Assembly: GCF_009914755.1 (NCBI RefSeq)
Contig: NC_060928.1
Source of the DNA: the human T2T-CHM13v2.0 reference genome, Homo sapiens
Strand: one strand, 5' to 3'
DNA length: 64,000 bases
The translations under genes were made by a program, and so were the position numbers. Below are positions 42,758-57,722 of the stretch, in pieces. The notes below the pieces were generated by a model. That model was not told where the DNA came from and did no database searches. It saw nothing but the letters and a program-made list of their open reading frames with translations. Positions within the stretch are counted from its first letter, which is position 1. The number at the start of each line of letters is the position of its first letter.

Positions 42758-44672
42758 AATAACATCTTTAAAGTCCTAAAAAATTTAGAATTCTAAATCC
42801 AGAGGAAATATACCTCAAAAATGTGATAAAATAAAGACATTTAAGATAAATGAAATGAGATAATTCATAGCAAAATTACAGTAGAATAAATGCTTAAAAA
42901 TATCATACAAGGTGAAGGGATATTAACAAACTCAGATTCTCACTGAGGGAATCTGTGGGAAAAAGAATACTGAAATTATACAAAGCAGGTAGATATAAAA
43001 TATTATGTTTTCCTTTTTCTCATAAATTACTTCAAAGACAATTGTTTAAAGCAAAAATAATGAAACTTAAGTTAGAAGTTATATAATATGAAGAAGGAAA
43101 TATGAAAGCAATCATGCAAAGGACAGTGGAGGCAGATAAATAGAATTATATGTTTCCAAAATTGTTACGTGGTAAAGTTTAAAGATTCAGTTACAAAGTA
43201 GGAAGAGGAGAGAGAGGGTAAAGTAAGCAGTATGATGTGTCAACTATAAGGCATGAAGTACTAAGGGGTATACTACTGTCTCAAAATCTAAGTTAAAGAT
43301 TCATGTTTTATTTTAAAAATAGAAAGAAATCAGTTAAAAAATAGATAAAAAGAACTATATTTAGGAAACCTATAGAGGAAATAAAATAGATTATTAAAAA
43401 ACTATTTGATTCGCCAAAAATAAAGCAGGAAAGTAGAAAAAGAGGAACATAAAAAAATGGAAAAGTGAGGAACCAAGAACAAGATGGTAGTATTTAACTA
43501 AGCCATGTCATAATTATATTAAAGGTGACTGAATTAAATGCTTCTTTTAAAAAGCAGACATTTTCAGACTGGAAACAAAAGCAATATCCAACCTTATGCT
43601 GTCTAAAAGACATATATTTTAGATATAAAACACAGATAGATAGTTTGAAAGTAAAGTATGGTAAAAGGTTCCTATGACAATAGTAAACATAAGCATAAGA
43701 AAGCTGGCATGGCTATATCAATGTAAGACAAGATAAATTTCAAAATAGAGAGTATTACAAAAGATAAACAAGGATATTACATACAGATAAAAAGGCAGTT
43801 CACTAGAAAGATAGAGCGATTCTAAATATCTGCGTTATATAAAATAATTTTATATTATATATATGAATTTTACTAAAACTCCTGAAGCAAAATCTGACAG
43901 CACTCAGAGATGTTTTCACTTCTTTCTTAGTAATTAATAGAACAAATAGACAAAAATCATTAAAGATACAGAAGACCTAAACAACACTATCAGCTAACTT
44001 GACCCAGTTGACATTTACATAAATAATTTTTTAAGTCAGAATACATATTTATTAAAGGTATACATGGAGGTTCACCAAGATGAAACATAGGCTAGATGAT
44101 CAAAAAAGTTTCAGTAAATTTCTAAAGACTGAAACCTTCAGAGTATATTCTCTAAAAGATTTCAGTCTTTTAGAATCTTATATTCTCTTACCACAACAGA
44201 AGTAATTTAGAAATCAATTAAGAATTATATATCTAGAACATCTCCCAATATATTTAGGAATTAAACACAACATTCAAAATAACATGAGGGTCAAATAAGA
44301 AATCATAAGAAAGTATTTCAACCTGAATAATAATGAAAAAATATCAAAATTTGTGAAATGCAGGTGAAACAAGTATGTAGTTAACAGTTCTAACTAAAGG
44401 GAAATGTATTACTATAAATATTATACTAGAAAATAACAAAAAGCTTTAAGTCAATGATTTAAGTTTCCACTTTAGAAAAATAGAAAATGAAAAGCAAACC
44501 TTCAAAAAGAGGTAAGAGGAGAGAAATAATTAAGATCAGAAATCAGTAAAAAAGGAAAGAGATAAACAAGAAAATAAAATCAAAAGTAAGTTGTTTGAAA
44601 ACATAAATAAATTTGATAAGCCCATGGGAAGAATGATCAAGGAAAAAAAAAGACAACAAGATACCTAAATTA

Positions 44673-45061
<389 letters not shown>

Positions 45062-46180
45062 TTAACTTTCTGCCAATACATTTAACAACTTAGACCAAAA
45101 AGGACAAATTACTTGAAAAACAAAACTTGCCAAAATTGACTCAAAAAATAAAATTCCACACTCCTCTGAGTATACCTCTTTGTACAATTCTCACTTTTAG
45201 AACTTTGTTAATATTTTACTTATTCAGTAAATGAGGACAAGGCAGATACAGGAGGCAAAATGGAATATAAGCAAAAAAAATGTATTATGGATAATGAGAG
45301 CCAGGTTTTTTATTGTCTGAGAAATCAGTTATAATTAAGGAAAGAAGAAGGGCTAGAATGAATGTTATGGTATTGCACTGGAATTGGAAGTAAAAGTATA
45401 ACAAATAATTACAGAGAGATAAATATGGAAATATAGTTGTATGTACAAGTATGTATATTTCTTTAACTCTTTCAGCTGAGAGGACCTAGAGGCAGTGACG
45501 GCCCAGCATCAAGGAGCACATCTAGTACCCACGTCTTAGTTTATGAAAGCAAATGGCCCAGAAGCATGTGAAAAGATGCTCAATATCATTAACCATTAGC
45601 AAAAGGCAAATTCAACTACACTGATATACCAATACATAAAAAGTATAATGAATTACCATTTGAGAAGACTGTTGGTTAGGATGTGGAACTGGATATGCAT
45701 TGTATGCATTGCTTATGGGAATATAAAGTGGAGTGATAACTGTGGAGAAGTCAAATATGCACTTACCATATGACCTAGTCATTCCATTCCAGGTTTTTTT
45801 CCAAGACAGATAAATGCTTGTGTTCACACAAAGACTTGTTCACAAAAGTTCGTGGCAGTTTCATTCATAATATCCAAACTGGAAACAATTAAACTGGGTT
45901 ATTACAACAAATGCAAATGTCCAATGGAAGAATACATGCTTATACTGTGATATATTTATACTATGGAATACTATTTAGCAATAAAAAGGAATACTTACTA
46001 TTATAACAACAATATAAATGAATCTCACAAACATTACACATACTGAGTGAAAGATAACAGATAAAAAGGATGGATCAGACACAAGGGAATCAGACACAAA
46101 GGAATACTACATGCTGTAGTATTCCATCTATCTGGAATTCTAGATAAAACTAATCTAGACAAAATTGTAGAAGTAGAAAT

Positions 46181-46954
46181 TGTTAGGGGTGGCAAATATC
46201 CAGGTTACCAGCAGCAAATCCATACAGGCCTGCAGCAACCCCAATTCTTGTCTCCTCAGAAGAAAGAATTTGACAGAGGGGCATAAGGCAGCAAAAGAGA
46301 CTGAGGCAAGTTTCAGAGCAGGAGTGGAAATTTATTAAAAAGCTTTAGAGCAGGAAGGAAAGAAAAGCATATTTGAAAGAGACCCAAGCAGGCACTGTGG
46401 AGGTCAAGCTCCCTGTTTAACCTTGATCCTAAGACTTTATATGCTGGCCAACTTCCAGCATCTTGCACCCCTTTCCCTTCATTCTTCCCTAAGGGTGAAC
46501 TGCCCACATGCACGGTGTCCGCCTTACACTTGGGAAGTGAGCATGCGCAGTGTGTTCAGAAAGTTGTATGCATGCCCACATAAGGCTTTCTTTTCTTTTC
46601 CAGTGGAATGCCCCTGGAAGGTCATACTCCACCATTTTATCTCTTAATGTGCATGCTGGAGCTCACTCACCTAATTACTGAGAATTTATTGGAAGTTGAT
46701 TACCAATTTCAAGTGTTTTTATCTGACTGGGAAATTGCCTCTGCCTGGCACCTGTGATCAATTATCACTTTAGTGAGGCAACTCTGGACCATCAGCAAAT
46801 TCCCTCTCCCCGGCACAGGCTGCCAATTATCATTTTTAGAAAGGCAGTGTGATAACTGCTGAACCATCACCTAATGGTCGCCTGACATTCCTGGTGGGTG
46901 GTGTGGAGCCCTCTCCCACCTCGCTCATGCCTGGCTAGCTACCTACCTGCAACA
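46181..46954 (-). mobile_element. ERV1 solo LTR (MER50-related)
   Basis: TG...CA termini, 4-bp TSD AAAT. Reverse complement begins tgttgcaggtaggtagctagccaggcatgagc...caggaatgtcaggcgacc, homologous to the LTR at 25806. Confidence 0.8.
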
Positions 46955-47474
46955 AAATCAGATCGGGGGTGCCATGAGTAATGTTTGAGTGAAGGTTGAC
47001 ATAAGGGAGAATTAGGGAATATTCTACGGAGATAAAATGGTCTCTATCCTAATTAAGTTGGTGGGTACATGGCCATATGTATTTCTCAAAAATCATCAAC
47101 CTCTTTCCTTATAAATAATTGAATTGTATGTAATTATTCCTGAATAAAGTTGATTTTTAAAAAGAATGAAGTAGCTCAAGCTAGCGGAATATCAAGGCAG
47201 GGCAGCAAGCTTGTGTTAATGTCAAACATATCTAAAATCATAATACCTTGAGACAAAGGTTGGGAGAGGAAAGGACAAAAGTAATAAAAGGCATGGTTTC
47301 ACTCACAGTGGCTGGAGGTAGAGAAATTTGGGGTTGATATTTTTAGATCAGAATGTGAGATTTCATAGCAACCTCAAAGACAAGAAGTAGTCCAACAATT
47401 AAAAAAATAAGAGAGAGAATTTAAGATAAATATTGAACAAAACTCAGTAGAACATGCTTTTTTTTGTCTTCCAG

Positions 47475-47504
47475 ATAAACTCACCATTGTGCACCATCCA
47501 GGTG
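47475..47504 (+). CDS. BANK1: BANK1 30-nt coding micro-exon (approx. exon 14), phase 1-1
   Basis: Strong pyrimidine tract ttttttttgtcttccAG, donor GTG|gtaagt. (N)KLTIVHHPG(G). Confidence 0.92.
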
Positions 47505-48544
47505 GTAAGTGCTTGGTATTTATTGAAGGATCTAAGACTAAAACAAAGTACAGAGTAAACCAATTTCAATATTAATGTAAACCTAATGTGATTAAGCAAG
47601 TCAGTGTAAACATTCACATAGATTTTATATTTATATGCAAAACAACTTGACATCCAAAATAAACGTGAAGCGACTATAAAATAGAAACACTGAAGGCACC
47701 ATAACGTAATAAAAGGACCGTGAGTTTGGAATTCTTGATTGATCCTGCTGTTCTCAACTTACTAATTGTGACCTGTGGCAAGTCACTTACGCTCTGTGGG
47801 CCTCGGTTTTCTCATATGCAAAACGTAGATAAGCATTGTACCATGGGGAATTGCTATAAAGACTGATAATGATATATGTAAATGGAAGCTCGTGCTTGAT
47901 ACTTGGGAGTTACTGATAAAGCAAATGAAATTTGAGAAACATTTGAGAGGGTAACTCATTTCCATGTGATGGGGGGATTGTGTGCTGATGGGATAGTAAG
48001 GAGGAGCTAGACGTCAGCTAGGGAGCTGTTGAATATTCTAGAAGCAACTCTCCATAGCCTGGACCAAACCACTGACTGTGAGAATGAAGAAGCCATAGAA
48101 CTGAGCCCTGTGGCTGGGATGAGAAATGGAATGCCAGTGATAAAGGCAGGAGGAGCAGTAGTCTAGGAGAGCAGGGAGTAGAAGGCGCAGGCTTTTGTGG
48201 AAAAGTGTGTTTTGTAATTGGCCAATCCTGGTGAATGTGGAAAAGAAAAGGAAGAAGGAGTAATCAAGTGGAGGTTGTTACTCAGAGGTGTTGGAAAGAT
48301 TGTTTCTAAACTCAAGTGACTCCTGTAGGTCCTCAGTATCCTACCCAAGTCAATCCACATGGGCAGGAGAAATTAACAGCACATGCCAAGGGTGCCTTTT
48401 CGGTATCCCCCTTTTATCTTCCTAATAATTTTTCTTTTCACCCATATCTTACCTTTGTAGAAATCATTTTTAAGAAGTACTGAATAAATAAATCATCAAA
48501 TTTGTGAATGAATAAAGAGGTAATAACTGAGTTTGTATTTCTAG

Positions 48545-48600
48545 GTAAGGAAACTGCCCACAATGAAAATAAGTTTTATAATGTACACTTCAGCAATAAG
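48545..48600 (+). CDS. BANK1: BANK1 coding exon (approx. exon 15), 56 nt
   Basis: Acceptor gtttgtatttctAG, donor AAG|gtaggt. (G)KETAHNENKFYNVHFSNK; lies inside ORF 48508..48693. Confidence 0.92.
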
Positions 48601-49883
48601 GTAGGTTGTATTTATTTTGATTTCTATAAAATGCAAAGAAATAACTTCGTTAAAAAAGAACATGAGAGCCTTCTATCCTGTCTATGCTTTTAGACATTCT
48701 AACAGATATGAACAAAATAGGTTAGGTGTGCCTTTGTGTGCAAAATCTATGAGCATTTATTTAAGGAAATTATTTGGAAAAAAAACAAAGAGGGAACTCA
48801 AAGGAAAAAGCCACTGAGGCCAAAGTGTGGCTAAATTCAACATGTACAGACCAAAAAAATCTTAGAGGAATTATCAATACATGTGTTTTAACAATAGAAA
48901 TATGATAAGTCTACTGTGTTTGAATCACAATGTATACAGTCCTTAAACTCTAGGACATTAGTAGGGAAAGTATAGCCCCAAAATATTATTGATTTAAATA
49001 TGCATTACTTCACATCATAGAGTTAACTGAAAATAAATTGCTAACGAGAAGCTAATGATAACACTAAGCAAAGACAACAGCAATGGAAAACCAAGACCAA
49101 TCCAAGACAACACTGATAATGTCCTGACTACAATTTTTCTTCATAAAAATAATGTTATTCCAACTATCTGCATATATAATGTAACACACTTGCGCTGCTA
49201 CCAAGAGTCATGTAGCAGCTGGATTTCTTGCTAAAATCCTGAATTAGAGTCTTTGCTAACTTCTTATAATGAATGAATTTTAATTTTCCAAAGTTTAATA
49301 ACCCTTTAAGTTCCTTGTATATTTCAAATAAGTCATAAGTAATCATAAAAATCATTCACCCTTAAAAACGAATTGAAGCAGTTGCATTTTTTATTCTTCT
49401 GTAGCCCACCACCAAGCTGTGTGTATGTGCATATATGTATATATATATATACACTATATAATATATAGATATATATTATAGACTCATTAGACTCATTCAA
49501 ATGTAGCAAAAGTGGGTGCATTATGGCCTTAGGGCTTATGAAAATATCAACCAAAGATTCTTCTATAAGAGCTGAAGGATTGCACAAACAGGGCATATAT
49601 TTTGGAGAGGAGATTTTGAATAAGAGGAAAAGAATACAAATTCCCAATGCTTAAAATGTTCTGCAAAATGGAAAGAAAATTTGAATTCAAGGACTCGGAT
49701 GCAGTTGAACTTTACAATGATTCTGTTTCCTTTTAAAATGGAAGATTGTCTTGCCAGTTTTCTCTGCAAAGCTGTTTTTCCATGGCTGTGAAAGGCAACT
49801 ATAACTTTGTCATATTTCTTTGTTCAACCTTAAAATAGGGACAAATCGAGAAATACTAGCTCTATATCTTTATTTTTTTTCAG

Positions 49884-49943
49884 CTTCCTGCTCGACCCCA
49901 AGTTGAAAAGGAATTTGGTTTCTGTTGCAAGAAAGATCATTAA
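49884..49943 (+). CDS. BANK1: BANK1 last coding segment (approx. exon 16; exon continues to 49948), stop TAA at 49941-49943
   Basis: Acceptor tattttttttcAG. LPARPQVEKEFGFCCKKDH* matches the recalled C-terminus. Donor AAG|gtaaaa lies 5 nt after the stop. Summed exon lengths put the last His at residue 785 if the YDDLY tyrosines are Y484/Y488. Confidence 0.94.
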   Translation, partial: LPARPQVEKEFGFCCKKDH

Positions 49944-50204
49944 AGAAGGTAAAATATTAGCTGTGTATATTTTTTAGAAAATCTAAAGCAGCCTTGTTAG
50001 GGACTTGAAGGTATCATTTGTCTAAAAAACAGAATTTTTTAAAGATTTCATTGTCTTCTCCTGAAAGGATTAACATGTATTTTTCAAGCTAAAGGTGATT
50101 GCTCTGTAGAAAGATTTATGTACAGGGGTGATTTAATGCCAATTAATCAATTTAAATTGATGAGCTATTATTCACTAATACATTTCCTATTTTCTCATTT
50201 CCAG

Positions 50205-50940
50205 GTTATTATAATGAAACTCACGAATCTACGGACATTTTGCTTTCAGGGTGAAGCAAGCTTGAATTTGGATTGCCTGCTTTCTTTAAAGCGAATTCAT
50301 ACTATAACAGCAGAAACAAAACTTCAGATTTCAGAATTTGTTATTGGCAAAATTTATTCTCATTATACCTGCTTCATATGGGTATATTACTATTAAAACA
50401 GAATACCATAGAGTAATTGCATTATTTGAAAATTCTCTCATTTTACAATGCACTTCACCAATGAAACAGCTAATTTCCATTTTGAAAATTAAAAGAAAAC
50501 AGCACAGAGAAGTTAAATGCGGTGTAGCAAAGTTATGGGGTCTGCTTGAGGGCACTAACCTCAACAGATTATTCCTCCTCTCCTTAGAATAACCATGAAA
50601 ATACAAATTTACTTAGCACATTTTTGCTTTTTAAGTAGCTGGTTCATTTTCTGAATTTCTCACATTCAGAGTTCCAGTCATTATTGTTACATCATGTTTG
50701 CAGAAACCTTGTCTTATTTAGTGTCTATTTGCATATAACCCTGAAAACATTATTATTTGAAAACTTTTCTATATCTCAAATTAATATACATTTTCATAAC
50801 CTACCTTTGTATTAAGACTTGCAATTTTATCAATCTATTATTTCTTAGAAACAATTTACTAGCTTAGAATAGAAAGCAATGTTATCGTCATATAATTTTC
50901 ATGTACAAATGCCACAAATAAATTGAATGTTTAAAGCTAT
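50205..50940 (+). other. BANK1: BANK1 terminal non-coding exon (3' UTR); 3' end approximate
   Basis: Acceptor cctattttctcatttccAG at 50203-50204, 256 nt after the exon 16 donor. AT-rich, repeat-free, ends after AATAAA 50917-50922. Confidence 0.8.
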
Positions 50941-50960
50941 GTCTGAGTGAGTTTTTAAAG
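50902..50960 (+). terminator. BANK1: Probable main BANK1 polyadenylation signal
   Basis: TGTA (50902-50905), AATAAA (50917-50922) and a downstream GT/T-rich element (tgtctgagtgagttttt). Confidence 0.72.
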
Positions 50961-50986
50961 TAAATTTATAAGAATTAGCCAATAAA

Positions 50987-51025
50987 ATTGCTTCTCGGCC
51001 TTTTGGCTAAGATCAAGTGGAGTAT
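50987..51025 (+). pseudogene. 3'-truncated U2 snRNA retropseudogene (nt 1-39)
   Basis: ATTGCTTCTCGGCCTTTTGGCTAAGATCAAGTGGAGTAT versus U2 5' end ATCGCTTCTCGGCCTTTTGGCTAAGATCAAGTGTAGTAT (37/39). Flanked by ATTAGCCAATAAA and ATTGGCCAATAAA. Confidence 0.93.
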
Positions 51026-51769
51026 TGGCCAATAAATTTTTCTGCTTACCGGTTTAAAGGGAGAAGTCTACCAAAAATTGTTTAAAATAAATAAACTTGA
51101 TTAATATTACTATATAGGGCTCATATAAACACAATTTTTTTTCTAGCTTCTAAACAGTGACAAGAATATACATTTAAAGCCATGCTACAAAACACTTATC
51201 ATGGGTTTCTTATAACTGTTAACACTCTCAAAATAAGCTCAAGTTTTAAAAAATAATACAGTAGCTTGATTAATCCCTAACAAAAAGTGCTTTTGATTAT
51301 GATATTTGGAAATTCAGTCCACAGTTTTACATCCAACATTTCAAGAACTGACATGTCCTTTTACACACTAAGCCTCCATTTCTGTGGGTTGTCCCATCCA
51401 AAGATAAGAAAAAGAAATAAGACATTTCCTTGGAGATTTGGAGCATTTCTAAAAGAGCCATAGCCACTGCCAGAAAGGAAAGGCCCAAATGTAAAATCTT
51501 CTGAAGACTTTGAATTGAATTTTCAGAGTTCGTGTATCTTATCTTTTTCATCATCCCTTCTTCAAATTAAATATATTCCCAAGCCATTACTCCTAACTTA
51601 AGCCAAGAGCTATCCCCTTCCTTAGGTTATTAATTTACCAGCACTCTGAGTTCTAGAGAAGTTTGAACTGGTATTGAATGTTATCAAAAGAGTTTTATTT
51701 TGAATATTAACTTGCTTATTTTCTACCTAGTCAATTTTCTAGGATAACAAAGAGGAAGCATTTAAACTG

Positions 51770-51968
51770 GTAGATTCTTAAGTGAGATAATTATGCTGCT
51801 CTGGACATTTGGCAATATCTGGAGACATTTATTATTTTCATGACTGGGGAAGAGGTGCTCCTGGAATCTAGTATGTATAGACCAGGGATGCTGATGAACA
51901 TCCTATAATATGCAAGACAAAGAATTATCCAGCCCAAACTGTCAAGAGTTTTGAGACTGGGAAACCTT
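51770..51968. mobile_element. MER20-like DNA transposon relic
   Basis: ggacatttggcaatatctggagacattt...ccagggatgctg...caaagaattatccagccc. Confidence 0.7.
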
Positions 51969-54103
51969 GATTTACACTATAAAGTAAAATGGGACTCATA
52001 CTTAAAGCTATGTTGTTAAAATAAAATCAGTTAACTTTATACAGAATTTTCTGAAGGTAGAAAGTGCTATGTTAGGATAAGTGAATGTCATTATTTTGAA
52101 GTGCATATGGCTTAAGTTTAAATGGATCATTAAAAACAGTATTCAAAAAATGGATGAGTCTAATACATTTTCATAAATCAACATTAGAAGTATTCTGCCA
52201 ATGGAACCTCTAATTTTTAGAACATGAGACTATTCTCAGTATTTTCTAATGAGAATGACCTTGTAATCTGAGTCATTATATTCTATTTGTGCACTAAGTA
52301 TTTGCTCATCTGAGTTCCTTCTTGTTTTCTCTAATGCTCAGGGTGTCTGATTTTAATAACTTGGACTTACCTGAATTTTCTCTTCATACTGCTTTTCTAA
52401 AGGATAAATATTTAGCGGAGAGCTCTGCATCATAAGCCTAATTTAGTGAATCCCAGCTGATTAGCACAGAGCTGATATGAGCCCCTATTCATAGCCCTCT
52501 CTGTAGCTATACCTGCCAGCTACACTTTTTGGCCTGCCTTATTTTGTGGAGTTCACCTTTAAAAGTAGGGCAACCACATAAAAGAACGCAAAGGGTAAGA
52601 TTCTCAATACCTTAGACTTCAAATTTATAAATGATAGTGTATCATTTCCTCAATATTCTCATCTTCACAATGCAGATGATAATGTTCCTTACATAATTTT
52701 GTGGGTATTTAGTGACATTATGTATTTAAATGAGCAGTTACTACATTCAAGAGCATGAACTTTGAAATAAGACCAAACTAGTTTGAATCTTGTCTCAGCT
52801 ATGCACTAGCTGTGTGAACAAAGAGTTTTTCCATATCCTGAGCCCTATTTTATCTTTGGTAAAATGGGAGTAATAATACCAACATTAGCATAAATCGTTT
52901 GAGAATTAAAGGTAGGGAGGTCACTTAATTAATTTACCATCCAAGGAGGACACTTTGGATCATAAAAGGGAGTACTGTTAATGATTACAATGAAAAACCA
53001 GGCATAAACTGGAACTGCCTCAGGCATAAACAGAGATGTCTCATCACTCTACTGAAATGTGATGTAAGTTCTTAGAACACTTTGGCTCAGTGTAAATGGT
53101 CAAGGAAGATAGTTTGCAAAAAATAATCATCTTTGAAATGTTAGTACTGTGTGACATTTTAGGCTGGCTTTTTTTCTGAGTGGCTCTTATACACAGCCTT
53201 ACAGCATTTAATTCAAATCTATACCATTACAAAAAAAATAATGATTACAAAATATTGAATGACCACCTGGATCACCAATAAACATCAGAAGCAGCAAGTA
53301 GAAAACTCCAGGACTGGTAAGGTACTCTAGCAATATCTCCCAAGTTATTTTCCAAGGAATTAATGGGCATGGTGGGTGACAGGTATTGCATTAAAATGGG
53401 ATTCTGTGATCATGTGGGTTATTGCAGTACTAAGTATTTTATTTCATTATAAATAGCATATTATATGTGTATCAAAGTATTGAAAACTAATCCTGAAATA
53501 AAGAAACCCATTAAGTTTGAGAAACACTGGCTTACATTTTACATATATGTAAGTTGGCCTCATTTTCCACTGAGTGAGAAAAGAAAGACTGGCTGAGGAG
53601 TGACTGGAGTGATGTGTTGAAATGGAGTGGGTTCAGTGGGAACCTGTGTCATGATCAACTAGTGATGTCTGCCATGGATAACAGTGTGGAGGGTGGGAGG
53701 AGTGGTGGCATGCATGACATTTATTTGGCATTCAAGATTTGCACCTGGTTAACATAAAGTGAAAGATTAAGTTCTGAATTTTGCAAATATTAAAGTTAGG
53801 TTCTCTCAGAATAAAATTAAGCTGATAGGTATCTTTTATCTTCAGACAAATGAATTAGTAAACATGTTCCTAGATAAAACACTATAATTTCTGCTATATG
53901 ATCCTTTTTATTATGTCTTCAAGTCAATGTCAAGCTTGGTTCCACTCAGACTTGGTGTGAGACCATTAAGAAATGCTCTACATTGAAATGTAGAACACAA
54001 TGTTCTTCAGTGTTCATCAAACACTGAAGCAATTTCCCACTCCATGGAATCTGGTGTCATAGTTGCTTTGTTCAGATTGCCTTTTTGCCCTGTATAGCAA
54101 TAG

Positions 54104-54480
<377 letters not shown>

Positions 54481-56461
54481 TGTCTCTTTCATTTCTTAAG
54501 ATGGAGATGGACATGTCATATGAAAGGTGATAAAGGTGCCTCAGTTTTGCCCCTAATGTTTTCTCTTGTCTTCGTTCAAGCAAAAGAAAGACAAGGGATT
54601 CAGGGAAGTGTGAACTGATGTCTTGGCATTCAGCCTGGCACTAAAATGAAAGCGTCTGCTAAGGACCCCTGAGCTCTCTTGCAAGACATTGGCATTTGTC
54701 ATAATGTAAAATGAGGTGTTCAGTAATTCAGACATGGCAAGTCATTCCCCGTACCTCCCAGGTCTTCTGCATCAGCTGACTAGGGGAATCCTGGCAGATG
54801 ACCTGCCATTAACAGTGACATGGAAAGGCATAAGAAACTTACTTATGATCTCCATTTGTGCTCCTCCCTCTAGCTTCTATAAACTGTGTTACTTTCACAG
54901 AGATATTTGTACACCTTCACATTTGAATATTGGTCATGATTGATCTCTTTGTATTTAACATAAAGAACCATGCCAAAAAATGGCAAACAATCCATCTATG
55001 ACTATAAAACTATCTGCTTCCTCACCTTTTTGAAAAAGGTAACATATATGCAAGCATTATGCTTTCCTGAAAACAAGCCATTTCTGCAGCCAGAAAAGAA
55101 AACATTTGTGAAATTTTAGCCTCTAAAATGAGATTGGAAGAAAGAGCAACCTTCTTTGGAATATGGCAGAACATTTATTTGAAAAACAGTTAAAACCATG
55201 AAAAATGATGGAAGTAGCACCATTGGTCCTAGAAAAAGAGAGATATAGATAATACTCTATAGGATACATATAGAATAATATATACAGAATATGTTTATTT
55301 CTAGGAACAATGGTGCTACTTCTATTATTTACATTTATGGTAAACATATATAAAAGTAAACTTCCAATAAATATATATAAATATATTAATATAAACTATA
55401 TATCTACATATAATACATTCTTCCACTCAACAGGAAGGTAACATCCACATGTCTCAGGCAGCTGTGCTCATCAGGCTGCCATGCAAGTAAACAGACAACA
55501 AATGCCCTCCAGGAACACACCATGCATTCATTTCCACTTAATATGTATGTATGGATCACCTTCCATAGGAGGAAGCATGCGGTACTGCTAAATCCTCAGT
55601 TAGGATATTTAAGTAATGATGTGAGCTGCAAATGCCTGGACTCAAATCCCAACTCTAATACTGGTTGTGTGACCTTAGAAAATTGACTTATTCTCTTTCT
55701 ATTTCAGTTTCTAATCTGCAAATATTAATAGTATATTAATCTATACCTTCCTTATATATTTTATATTATTAAAGTGGGTTGATATGGTTTTCAATGAATG
55801 CTATTTATTACTATAATTATTTGAATATTTTATTAATCTTTGCAGGGCAAAACACTAGGTGCAAGGGGTATAGGAATAAAATGGTAAACCAAAACAGAAA
55901 CAGTTGCTTGCTTTCATGGGAATATGAAAAACAATAAGCACAATAATGAATGTAAAATTTTAGTTGTATGAATAGCCATGAAGAAGAGTATATGGTGCTG
56001 TGAGAGTTATGGAAGTGGGTATTGACCTAATTAGGAAATTCAGGGTAATAATCTCCTAAGGAAAAGACAGTGGAGATATGAAGAAAGGATGAGAAGAATA
56101 AATGATAATTAAGTGAGGGAAGGCGTAGAAAAGAATGTTGCAGGCAGAGAGAACAGCAAGTGCCAAGGCCTTGTGGCAGAAGAAAATTAAAGGGCATCTG
56201 AGAACCTAAAATAAGGCCAATATGACTAGAGCACAGACAACAAAGGGAAACATGGAGTGTAAGGACAAACCTTGCAGGGCAATATTGACAATTCCATTTT
56301 CTCTGGAAATCATAAATGAGTTTTAAGGAAAGCAGATGTCATATTTGCATTTTTAAAAAATGAACACTCCAGCTGCACTAGGCAAAACAAAGTGGAGAGG
56401 ATGTAGCAAACCAGATAGGAATCAATTGTCCAAATACAAGGCCTCTTAATTTTGAAGCTAT

Positions 56462-57429
<968 letters not shown>

Positions 57430-57722
57430 ACAGATCTTATTTTTACATGTGAATGAGAACATTGCTAAGAGAAGATACCTTTCTTTGAGATCTTCATAAT
57501 GCCCTCTCCATACTACCAATCAGCTTAGTTTCTTATAGTGCTTACCAAGAAATGTGAATACTCTTTAATCCTTCACTATTTTTCAGTACTGTAAATTGGA
57601 ATATCTCCTCCAGTATTTTCTGGTTGTATTTCCACCTCCATCTGCTTTTATATCAGGGTGTTGAGCTAAGTGGTTTTCTTCGACACCACAACTTGCTCAG
57701 CATAGATCTCTTTTTGGCAAGC

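Noticed and set aside
49941-50204. Intron downstream of the stop codon as an NMD trigger
   Set aside because: The junction is only 5 nt after the stop, well inside the NMD-insensitive distance.
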